64,000 nt of DNA. It comes from Trichinella spiralis (lineage: Eukaryota). A program made the translations under genes and the position numbers. Position 1 is the first letter of the stretch. Each line of letters opens with the position of its first letter. Below the pieces are notes generated by a model. That model ran no database searches, had not been told where the DNA came from, and saw only the letters and a program-made list of their open reading frames with translations. Positions 29,005 to 40,978 of this stretch are shown in pieces. The DNA is taken from the NCBI RefSeq assembly GCF_000181795.1, contig NW_003526943.1, forward strand, positions 10,090,849 to 10,154,848. Direction: 5' to 3'.

Positions 29005-30720
29005 CGCTTTTCTCAATCTTTCTTCAAACTCTTCAAATAATGTAGTATTGAAGAATTTGAGGTTGCCCTCAACGATCGGCAACCGAAAACGCAGCCGAAC
29101 TAACACCAGACCAATGATCCACTTACACCGTTTTGGGTGCAACAAACAACAGTATAGTACAACTATAAAGAAAATCAGGTTAGTCTACTGTAAACTTTCA
29201 CAAATTGACGGTGTTGTTATTTGAGATGGAAATTTTAAATATTTACTTGCTAGAAATAATTCCCAAAACAAATTATTACAATTGGTACACGTGTAATTAT
29301 TTTCTGATGTTAGTGTTGTTTTATGTTGCATCATACAAAACTGTGGTGAGTAGAGGAAAAGAGATGGAATTACGTGTGAATCAAAATTCAACTATCTACG
29401 CAATTATTATACTTTTAAATAACAAGTTGATTCAACAATGGAATTTATTATCATAATAATGATCATAATTTTTTTATCAATGTTGAAATGAAAAGTTGTA
29501 ACAGTAATTTGTAACTATTTATTTATTTATAAAATTATCTGAAAACTACGGCTAATTACAACTTGCAAATGACGCATTGGTTAATCTAAAAATATAGATT
29601 ATCCACAGTAATACGGATAAGTGTAAACAATGAGACGTTGATAGTACAGCTGCATTTGTTCTTGTTAACAAACAAAGAGGGTAGAGTCACATCTGTTAGC
29701 AAAGTGAAAATTTCACTTTGCTAAAAATAAAGTTGAGTGAAAAAACATTTACTAGCAAATGCATTCTGTTATTCAACTTTTATGCAAGAATAAGTCATTT
29801 ATTTAGTAAATATTTCATAATATTTAAAATCAATCACCTGGTTAGTAATTTGTTTTAGTGCATGCTTCATTTGATCAAATAATAACATTCGAATGACTTG
29901 GCACGTACTTACTTCACGTGTGTTTCATTTTTTTTAATAATACCTTTTAAACTGTCATATTTAATACGTAATGCAATCTGCGAAATTAGATTTGCTTGTG
30001 AAAAGGTAAAAAAAAAGAAGTAAACTGGCAGTGGTTTGAGAAAAATATTTCTTGCAAAATTGTAATTTTCTCCACATGATGTAAAGATGGTTTTGTCAAT
30101 CAAATATTTCTGCATTGATCTGAAAGTTATGTTCGCAAAATAGAAAACAGAAAACAAGTACTGTCAAAATGGTTCAAGGATTTATTTTAACAAGTTAACT
30201 AATTATTTTTGTAGCATTATATTTGATTGTGGGCTTGTCGTAGAAGTTATTTTGTCCAATTAATTGACAATATATTTCCCCCTCCCTGTTGTTAATTGAT
30301 ATGAAAATGAAATAATTTTGCAAATGCAACAAATCAGATACAGTTTAGCGTAAATTTTGCATATATAAGTGAATTAAAAGTTTGGNNNNNNNNNNNNNNN
30401 NNNNNNNNNNNNNNNNNNNNNNNNNNNNNNNNNNNNNNNNNNNNNNNNNNNNNNNNNNNNNNNNNNNNNNNNNNNNNNNNNNNNNNNNNNNNNNNNNNNN
30501 NNNNNNNNNNNNNNNNNNNNNNNNNNNNNNNNNNNNNNNNNNNNNNNNNNNNNNNNNNNNNNNNNNNNNNNNNNNNNNNNNNNNNNNNNNNNNNNNNNNN
30601 NNNNNNNNNNNNNNNNNNNNNNNNNNNNNNNNNNNNNNNNNNNNNNNNNNNNNNNNNNNNNNNNNNNNNNNNNNNNNNNNNNNNNNNNNNNNNNNNNNNN
30701 NNNNNNNNNNNNNNNNNNNN

Positions 30721-31450
30721 CAGTATTACGAATTGGGTTTCGGATGTTGAAAAGTGTGGTTGGCCACCAAAGAAAACGATATCTATTTTTGGGGTGACTA
30801 TGTAGATCGTGGGGCAACCAGCAACTGAAAGTGATAACAATGTTGTTCTTGTTTAAAGTATTGTATCCCGAATGATTTTTTTTTCTACTTCGGCGGGCAA
30901 TCATGAATGGCGAAAGTAAATGAACAAAGGAAATTTGGGTTTTTCCAAAAGAAATGCTTAAAACAAAGCATTCAGTTGTGCTGTTTCAAAAGGATTCAGT
31001 TGGTTATTTGACTGGTTGCCCAGCTGCAGCAATAGTGTCGGATAAAATATTTTGCTTCCCCGGTGGTCCAACCCCCAGCGTTAAATAAGAATTAGATTTT
31101 TATGGATAAAAGTATTCCACCGTCCAACATCCGTTCAGAGTTGTACACTGTTGAATGATATGCTGTGGTCAGATCCCAGTGAATAAGAATTTGTTGGTAT
31201 AACCTTAGGAAACGCCGTGCTGGATTTTTCGTTTGGTGGATCAGCAATAAAAGACTTTTGCAAATTCTTGAATATTGATTTGGTTGTTCGAGCGCATGAA
31301 AATTTCAAAGAAGGATTCAGATTTTTTGGTACAAAAAATTGATTACGGTTTCCAGCATACCCAATTACTGTGGACATGAAATTGCTCTGCTGTGCTCCAG
31401 GTGGATGAAAATTTGCGCTGCACTATTTGCAGTTTTTTCCAATCCTTAAT
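30721..31450 (+). pseudogene. Intronless PP1-type Ser/Thr phosphatase with many frameshifts and stops (pseudogene or poor sequence); 5' part lost in the gap
   Basis: Motif remnants YLFLGDYVDRG, GNHE, WLPAAAIV.DKIFC..GG, DMLWSDP, DLVVRAHE, GFRFF and PNYCG, spread over shifting frames. Confidence 0.82.
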
Positions 31451-32687
31451 AGATAACCTGTTGACATTTCATGAATAAGTTTTAAGTTTGGATAATCGAT
31501 TTATAGATGTGATATTTTGTATAATAAAGTTGCTTTACATTATTTCATAGTTTTTATTATGATCTCAACAGTAAAGTGTTTTGCATTAAATGAATGTCAA
31601 TATTACATGTAACTTGTGAAATACTTAGTTGTTCGATTTCCTTCAATTATACAATTATTTTTTATCGATTAATGCTTTTTAAGCTTTTTCCCAATTATTC
31701 CAAAAAGTAGATTCGCGTGTTTTATAACTGCACTGAGATAACAGTTTTATTTTCTCAGACAAGCCTTTGTCATCAGAATATTTCATTCATTTCCCTGTTC
31801 CATGCATATAAACAATGTATTATTGTCACAAGATTTACAAAAGCCCATTAAAGCTATCCTATCGACAGCTCGACACGACTTATAATGGAAACAATTTAAA
31901 ATAACATTTGCTTTATCGTTTTCTGTTGTAGTTCTCGGTGTTGGCTGTTTGCGTAAACATCCATAAACTGTAAGCATTTACGTTTCAATGTGATTGTCTT
32001 CATTTCACTCAATTTCTGACAAATTTCTTCTGCATGTGAATATTTCGAAAAATAATTTGTTTCATCAATGCCTTTTTCTTCTCAAACATCTCACAATTAT
32101 TTTGCATCCCAACATATGCACATATAGGAATGCATCAGAATTAAAATTCAAGTTTCTTATTTTTTAAGGTAAAAAATCGTTATTATAAAAACTGTGATCA
32201 TTGGTTTATTCTTACATATATATATAAGGTCCAGGTCCTCGTTGAGCAACTGCCGCCATTTCGTAGAGCATATTCGTTAAAAAAATACGATTCAATATGA
32301 ATAATAATAATAGTGAACGTTTTGTTAGGAATTTACTAGTCGCACCAGAATAAAATTAAAAAAAGAAGAAAAATAAAACAACCAACCAACTGTTGAAGTT
32401 TTTTTTTAAAATGAATATTCTGTCCTTTTTACTTCCTTTTCTTAACTTTTGCCTCATCCATCCAAAAAACCAACATTATTTTTTGGAATTTTTTTGAAAC
32501 CGCAACTTTCAAAGCTTATTCCACACATACACAGAGGATGTTGTTGTTACTTTGATGTGAGAATAAATTATATAAACACGCATGCGAATGTGAAAATCAA
32601 TCACATATAAGAAGCTGTAGCAGGTTTGTTTCACCGGAGAGTGAAACATTTTTTCTTCTTTTTCTTCTCCTTCTTCTGCTTCTTCGA

Positions 32688-33297
<610 letters not shown>

Positions 33298-34209
33298 TTA
33301 AACAACAAACAACTCGACAAGTATTCTTTTCCTACATCAGTGAATTAACACATACATCATTTCAGAAGTGCCAATTCATAAATTTAAAAAATTGAAGAAA
33401 AAACATCATAAACATTCACTACAAACGTTACCAAAAACTGAAAAAAAGTTATAGAATTGAGCAGAAGGCAAAATATGAGCTATATTATAAGCACAGCTTT
33501 ATAATTTTCAAATTATTTCACTTGGCATTTCAAATTCACCCGTAATTTAGTTCATCAAAAATAAGAAACAAAAAATGACACTTTCACATGACTTTAAATT
33601 AATTAAAATCATTAAAACGTCATTTAAATAATTTTGACGTTCCATTTAATGTGGAGCAAAGCTAAAGGTCAAAACACAGCCGCACGATGATCATTATTAC
33701 TGTTTTGAAGTTTTAATTCGAAGCTGAAGGCGAACTTCACAAAGTGCTTTTTTTTCTTCCAAATTTTCAAACATGTCAATAAATAAATCGAAAAAGTTTG
33801 CAATCTTCTTCACTGCTTATTATTATAATGTGAAAAAATGATTCTTATTTTCGCATCGTGACGTCAACGGATTTCCAGTTTGACAATTTATTTATTCATT
33901 AGCTATTTCGAAATTTTCAGCCGTGACGGTAACAATGAAGCTGGAACAGATGAATTGAAAGCTCAGAGGAAAGCAACATAGAAAAAAAAAGAAAGAAATT
34001 AAGAATGATATACATTTAATTGAAATCACCTTTTCATAATCAAACGAAAAAACATAAAGCTACTTCAAATGCAATATTGCAACAAAATCAGCCAATTATG
34101 CGCTGCTGCTTCTTCATATAAATAATGATAAATAAATAAAAAAACACGTTTCACATTGTAAATAATGCCAATTCAATCCAAAAAATTTTCTTTAAAAAAA
34201 ACAAAATTT

Positions 34210-34660
34210 TTTGTTCAAAAAAGGGGGGGCTTTTTCCCCCAAAAAAAAAACGGCCAAAAACTTGGGTCCAACTGGGAAAAAACCCCCCTGGGCCAAAACC
34301 CAAAAAATTTTCCCCCTTAAAATTTCTCTTGGGAAGCCAACATTGAAAACCCTTTGGGCCCCCGGCCAAGGGAAAATATATCCCCCCGGAAAAAAAAAAA
34401 CAAAAAAAAGGGGTTTCCCCCTTTCCCAAAAAAACCACCCCCCCCCTTTGGGGAAAAAAAAAAAACCCCCGCCCCCCCCAAAAAAAATTTAACCCTTTTT
34501 TCAAATTTAAAAAAAAATTTTCTCTCCCCCCCCAAAACCGGGGGGGTGGAAACCCTTTTTTTTATTTTTTTCCGGGGGGCGCACACCTAAAATTATTTTT
34601 CTCCCCCTCGGGGGGGGGATGCTCCAAAAAAATAATAATCCCCCCCCCCGCCGCCCCCAN
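34210..34660. other. Low-quality sequencing-trace tail (homopolymer-inflated), not reliable sequence
   Basis: Abrupt switch to A/C/G/T runs leading into an N gap; the K/P/F/G-rich ORFs here are typical of such artefacts. Confidence 0.85.
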
Positions 34661-34669
34661 NNNNNNNNN

Positions 34670-36078
34670 CATAATTGATGTTCCCCTTCCCCTTACCCTC
34701 CGCCATTCCGAGATAATGGAGTGTTGTCAAAAAATTCACACAGATGAAGGGTTGGCCGTCACGTNGCCGCTATCCATACTCGCTTCAAGAGTACTGNCAA
34801 AATTTAGTACCCCGTTTAGAAAATGACTTTCGCGTGAGAAATTCTGGGGTCGCGGAGGAGCTGGGACGTACGCTTGAGTTTCGGATATCAGCAGTTCAGA
34901 ATTCCANANNNNCNNNNNNNNNNNNNNNNTNNCNNNNNNNNNNNNCNNNNNNNNNNNNTANTTGANGTACNCGCATCGNCCATAGTCNTCNCCATTCNTC
35001 NGAGACNATGGACTGTTGTCAAAAAATTCANACAGATGAAGGGTTGGCGGTCACGTTGCCGCTATCCATACTCGCTTCAGGAGTACTGACAAATTTAGTA
35101 CCCNGNTTAGNAAAATGACTTTGNCGTGNAGAAATTCTGGGTCGCGGAGAGGCTGGGACGTACAGCTTCAGTTTTCGGATAACAGCCGCCTCTTCAGTTC
35201 GTCGAAAGAGTTCTCCGCGCTTGTCCCACCGGGCAAAGCTCAGGGCGAATACGAACGCTCTCAATTACCGCCTGACGACACTATAGTTCGATATCGGTAC
35301 ACCGCTCGCGCAGAAGTCTTCTAGCTTCTCCAGTCACTCCGTTGGGTCCATTTCCGGGCAAAAGGCCGGGGGCGGTAAATAGCAGGCGCCCGGATACCCC
35401 ACATATACGGGTTCCCAGATAGGCCTCCATTGTAATGGACTTTTCGTCACAGCAGGCTGGTAGGCCTCTGTCTTGTTGTTGTCGGCTGGGTCACCACAGT
35501 CCGAGTTGATCTTACGGCTGCTTACTCTTTTTGAAGAAGACATGTAAGATGATTAATTTATAAAACAGACAATACAATCGTTTCGAATGATTCTACACCG
35601 TGCCACTGACAACCACCACAAAAAATCACGCCACGATCGACTGCAAACCAAAAGCCGCGTACCATCGACAACTGCCACATGTCTCCGCACTACCGTATAC
35701 TACCTCCGATCATCAGGTCCAAATGTGCCTGCAACGGTAGACGAGCGCAACCGTGTCGTAGTTATAAGATCAGCTCGGTCTTTCTTTTGGTCTAGTACCG
35801 ATTTCCCTCCTGATTCCGCCTACGTTTTCCTCCTGTTCCGAAGGTGAAGGAACAGTGTGGATACTGTAATAACATTCGAACCTGCATATCATGCTGCTGG
35901 AGTTCCGTCTCGGCATTCTTGTCGTTCGTGTGAGCGTGATGAATAAAACTTCCTATCCTTCGTAGTTTGCGCTTTGTTCCTTTTCTGCACTCGTCAAGCT
36001 TGAGTTGCTGATAAATTTGAAGTCTACAGTCCACTACCTACTTATCAGAAAGAGTTCACTGCATCGTTGCAGTGAACA
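34670..36078 (+). mobile_element. Putative long 5' LTR of a BEL/Pao element (left end obscured by gap and artefactual duplication)
   Basis: GC-richer block ending in ...GAACA at 36078, six nt before a tRNA-complementary PBS and a BEL-type gag start. Confidence 0.55.
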
Positions 36079-36084
36079 TTTTTC

Positions 36085-36123
36085 TGGTCCTCCGAGCCGG
36101 AGTCGAACCAGCGACCTATGGAT
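36085..36123 (+). promoter_or_regulatory. Primer-binding site complementary to the tRNA-Tyr 3' half including CCA (39 nt)
   Basis: Reverse complement is ATCCAT AGGTC GCTGG TTCGACT CCGGC TCGGAGG A CCA: anticodon-stem 3' strand, variable loop, T-arm, acceptor strand, discriminator and CCA. Confidence 0.88.
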
Positions 36124-38830
36124 AGTGAAGTAATGATGGCTTCAGCTGCCAGAACAAAGTTGAAGAAACTGGCAGTGAACCTGAATCGGCTGAATCAGTT
36201 CCTGGAAGAGCTGGATGAGGTATGCATCGCCTCCACTGACGCCTACGAGATTGAGGATCACATTCTAATGACTGAGCGTCTGTATCTCGAGACCGAAATC
36301 CTCCAGACTGAGCTTATTGTGAATGTGAACAAATTAATATGTGCAGAGACTTCACTTGTAATGACAACACAATGTCAAGCTAAATGTATAACGCACACAA
36401 AGACTACACACACAGACAACGCACACCTACGCACTTGACTACACTACTTGACATAAACTACTGGTCCTGCTGTAATATATTCCTGCGTGCTCTTCTGTAT
36501 ATATTTTTGATCGCTTGACATCGTAATACATAACATCCCTTTCCCCTTAACGTTCGTAGTCCTTGAGCTATTCTGGCGGTTTTTTTCTCGCGTAGACAGA
36601 CGATCGACGTTATCCAACACTTGCAGTATCCGGTGATTGTGACGCTGCCTCATTTTCTTCTCTAGTTGTTTTCTTCTGTGATTCGATCTTTTCTGCCTTG
36701 TGATTTTCCTCAGCAGTTACGTAGCGTTTTTTTAAACTGTTCTGTGTGTCTGCGCCACAGTTGGCCGTCTTCTGTTTCTACTTGGTAGGACAGTGGGCCT
36801 GTCGGACTCACAATGGTCGCTGCTTTCCAGGGTTTTCCTGAAGAATAATTCTTAGGGTATACTTGATCATCTGTTTGGAATTTGCGTACCTTCTCAAAAG
36901 TTTTGTCAGCGTAAGCGTAAGCGACGCTAGCAATTGATTGACAGCTGGAATCGGGTATGCGTGCTTTCTCAAAGCCTTATTTTATAGTACATTTGTAATC
37001 TCCACAGATGAGTACGGTTCCGTCAGGTTTCACTGGTGTGTGACGATTGGAGTCGACCAAACTGAATGATCCACTGGTTCTAGAACTCATTGTTCAACCA
37101 GCTTATCCAATTTCGCATCAATCTTTTCTCGCAATGCAAGGGGAACCTTTCGCGCCTTCATGCAAATCGGTGTAACGTTTGGATCCAAGTCTAAAGAGAC
37201 TGGCTTTCCAATGTACATACCCAGTTCCTCTGTGAATACAGATTGGTATTCTCGCAATACTTATGAAATTTGTGGAGGAGTTGACGTCATATGATGTACA
37301 CCACTTAGATGTATGCCAAGCGGTTCAAACCAGTTAAGTCCGAGCAGATTTGGACAGTGGCCTTTCGCAACAATAAGAGTCAGTGTGCGATGGATATTTC
37401 CATATTGCACATTCACAGGACAGCTTCCTTTTACTTTTACCAGTTCAACCTGAAAAATTGCCAATTTGAGAGTGATCGGTTCCAACCGAATTTTTCTTCC
37501 TTGTGACAACTTTTGGAAAACGTATTCAGAAAGAACAGTGAATTCTGAACCAGTATCAATTTCCATTTCGCACGGAAAGTTTTCGATGACAACTGCTACT
37601 CTAATTTTTCTTGACAATAGACGTGATTGATCACATTTTGCCAATAGCCTGAGATTATTGAGTAGCGGTGAATCAGGAAACCTTGAGGCCAGATTGTCAA
37701 CGGATGCTAATGAAATTTGCTGTGTGCTTCAGATTTGGTTTCTTCGGTCGGTTCGCTTTACTCCAGCAAATTTTTTTTGCTATATGCCCAACTTTCTGAC
37801 ATGCTCTGCAGCGAGCGTTTCTGAAACGACACTGAGATCAGATGTGTGTGCGTCCGCAGCTCTGGCACATCGTAGCTTGTTTTGCTGTTCTCGCCTGAAT
37901 TTGATAAACATTAGATGACGTGTTGTCTGAAGCACAAACTTTTGGAGCATGTTAACCGGCGGCTTCTGCTGATAATGCTTCTTCCAGGGCTGATTCGACG
38001 AAGATCAAATTTTTTAGATGGAAATAGATGGAGCTGTAATTCTTCATCTCTCAAGCCAGTAACCAGTCGATCACGTAACATAATATCTAATTGTGAAAGA
38101 CTGCAACCTTGGGCCAACCGACGAAATTCATCCACAAAATTACCAATTGATTCTCCAACTTTCTGATTTCGCTTATAGAAAGCATTGCTTTTTGCAATTT
38201 CAGGTGGTTGTGGAGAGAAATGTTCTTCTAAAACGAACAGAATCTCGTCGAAAGATTTTTCATTGGGATTAGCTGGTGAAATGAGAGCTTGAATCAGGTT
38301 GTAAACTGCTCCACCACAAGAACTCAAAAATTTCTCCTCGCGGAATCAGTTACGTTATTAGCTTCAAAGAAGAAACTCAAACGAGACGCGTATGCCGTCC
38401 ATTCTTTTGGCTTAGAGATATCAAACTCTTCGATGTGGCCCAACATGTTAATCAGTAGTCACACCAAATCACAACGTACCTTTTAATGGAATCCCAGTTG
38501 AAATCCTGAAGAATCGCTTCGGTCGCCCAGAGAAGGTAGCTCGTGAGCATATCATGGCTCTGTGGAAAGCACCAGAGTGTAGAGAGATGACTCCGGGAGC
38601 ATCCAGTGCTTGGTGGACGAGCTCACCAAGAGCATAAACCATTTTCCAGATGATGCCTATCATCAGGGAAATGTTCCCAGTTGTTCTGAAGACAAAGTGG
38701 GACCCCAAGGTGCCCTTGGAATCTGGCAGCGAGGTCGACCTGCAGAAATTCTTTGATTTCGCCGAGTTGCAAGCGGACACGCTCGCCGTCGAAGATGGAC
38801 GCTTCTGGAAGTCTAAAGAGAGATGAGCGG
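36118..38830 (+). mobile_element. BEL/Pao gag relic (36118-36317 and ~38476-38830) split by a gypsy insertion
   Basis: Gag N-terminus MASAARTKLKKL...ETEILQTEL follows the PBS. It resumes after the insert as VEILKNRFGRPEKVAREHIMALW (DUF1759-like) and DLQKFFDFAELQA. Confidence 0.72.
36318..38475 (-). mobile_element. Internally deleted Ty3/gypsy element with 3' LTR (36535-36318) and polypurine tract, nested in the BEL element
   Basis: Gag MLGHIEEFDISKPKEWTAYASRL...LRDRLVTGL, protease MEIDTGSE and RT start ICGDYKCTINKAL are joined directly to an integrase C-terminus (TGPLSYQV..GQLWRRH). PPT AAGGGGAAAGGGA abuts a TG...CA LTR. Confidence 0.88.
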
Positions 38831-40978
38831 AAAGGACAGTCCTGCGAAGATATCGCTTGCTGATAACGCAGCATTTTGTCCGCTGAAGATTTCCTCTGAT
38901 TGGGTCCGATTAATCTCAGATCGTCTTAAACCTGAATTCCAAAATTTGATTTCGCCTGATTTTCAGAGGCCCTGTATTTAACAAGTAGGCCTGTTTGATG
39001 CAAGAATGCTGTGCTAACTACATCCAGAGTGATGGGCGCTCCACTACTTGTTTACTCTCATGATTTATAAGCTATTATGTTCAGACGCAAAGTCCTTGCC
39101 TTGTTGAACCGCCATTAGAAGGTCTTTCCAAGTGGAAGAAGATTCTTCTGTGGAAAATTTTTGACTTTGATGTTTGCACTGATTTGTCGTAACTGTTGGA
39201 TGGTAAGTCTATATCGACTAGTAGATTTTCACGACTTCTGGCAACACGGCAAGAACTGCAGCTCACTGCCGAGCAAATGATAGCGAAATCCAGTACACAG
39301 TCCAAGAACAACTGATGGCTGCGCTTACCAGTGAACATGAATCGTGTAGTAGAAGTACAGAAGATTTTCTAAGTGTCATTTCTTTTTAACTTCCTGTTTT
39401 GTTACTGTATTTAGGCGTTAATACTGTTTTGTATATATATTTTGCACATTGTACATATTATGTTATTGATCATGATTTGTTTATTGTTGGAAAGTAAAAC
39501 TTTACATGTTATATCTGTTCAGATATAGGTGGTGTGTTTAATGTAACTGTCGAATGTAATAATGAAAAAAAATTCTTTAAAAATACTGACTGAAAAGTGG
39601 AAAATGAACAATAAATAATATATAAAAACCAGCATTTTTATCAATTATAAAACTTCATAAATTGTGAAGAAAATAAATGTAATAAAATTTGAATGTATTA
39701 CAACTTCCATTACTAAGGTTATAAAAATAGAAAAAGAAATATTTGGGCAAATGAAAGAAAAAGTACTGCAGTGAATCACAATGAAAAACTTTGAATCAAT
39801 GGACAATTAAGCAAGAAAAACTAAAAAGACAACGGCATAAACGTCCAACACAATAAGAAAACGCTGTGAAAATTTAGACTATTTAGATCAAATTGTTTCC
39901 TTTTTTAATCTATTTAAATATGGCTTTTAAGCAGCTATAATCATAATGTCCTGATTAATCTTTGTATTACAAAATTAATGGCTAAACGGCGTCAACGTCA
40001 ACATTTGCTAATTTTGAGACATTTTACAGACATGATCAAGTGTCGAGTGATGGTCGTCCTTATGTCTTGCTTTTTACTACCATTTACTGTTTTCCCTCAG
40101 TGTGGAAGTGGCTCGTTGGCACTTTTGTATTTTGCTTTAATATGGAGTTGCATTGTCAAAACAGAATGAAATTTAAACATAAACGTAAATAAAACAATAA
40201 AATTTAAATGTAAGCATAAATCTAAATAAATAAGCTTATAGAGTAATTAACTGTAATGAAAACAAGTAATTATCAAACATCGAATGTTACGATACTGCAT
40301 ATCATGTGAACTTCTCATCCTCTACATAGACTCGCGTATCCAATCTTTATAAAAATCAATTTCAAATGTGGATATTCGTTTCAGTTGTGTTTATTTGTTT
40401 ATGCAATCAGAATTGAACAATTCATTGTTATGTAAATATTTCTTGCTAGTTTAATTTGTATTTAAACAAGATTTGCCATCGACTAAACTGAGTCTAAATA
40501 AAAGTAAGTGGCATTTGTCACCTGGCACTTATCTTACATAATCAGCATTTATTTGTATGGTTATCACATTTCAATAAAATTTTAATAATTGTATGGTAGA
40601 ACAATATAAAAAAATTTCTGTTTGCAAAATCACGCATCAGTATTATCTGGAATACGAATACAAATAAAAGGGTAGATTTTAGTTGATTATTACGAAACAA
40701 AATTTCATGAATGAAGCTTTATATAAAATTAATATGTGTATTTTTAGTTTAGATAATTTATAAATCTTTATACTCCAGTCTTTTTTTATTCTCACGTTGC
40801 AAGCATGCTCTGCATGCTGCTTTGCTTCATTTAATTAAGCCAAAAACAATTCATTTATTCAGTTAGTAAATTCCTGATGCCATTAGAAATGAAAAATATT
40901 TTCGAAAAAACTTTCTTTAGCCTTAGAAAAATAAAAATCTAACCTGAAAGAAAAATAAAAATAAAAATCTTATTTCAT

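Noticed and set aside
30334..30904. Long ORFs in the ORF track
   Set aside because: They consist mostly of translated N gap.
34151..34660. Lys/Pro- and Phe/Gly-rich ORFs and G-quadruplex-like runs
   Set aside because: Homopolymer-inflated read tail running into a gap; base-calling artefact.
34670..35180. ~295-bp direct repeat
   Set aside because: The copies are separated by and sprinkled with Ns at a contig start; most likely an unmerged read overlap rather than a true tandem repeat.
36085..36123. tRNA-Tyr gene on the minus strand
   Set aside because: Only the 3' half is present and it includes CCA, which eukaryotic tRNA genes do not encode; its position between LTR and gag identifies it as a PBS.
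38950..39390. Possible MULE C-terminal remnant (…RSTEDFLSVISF)
   Set aside because: Similarity is too weak to support a call without an alignment.
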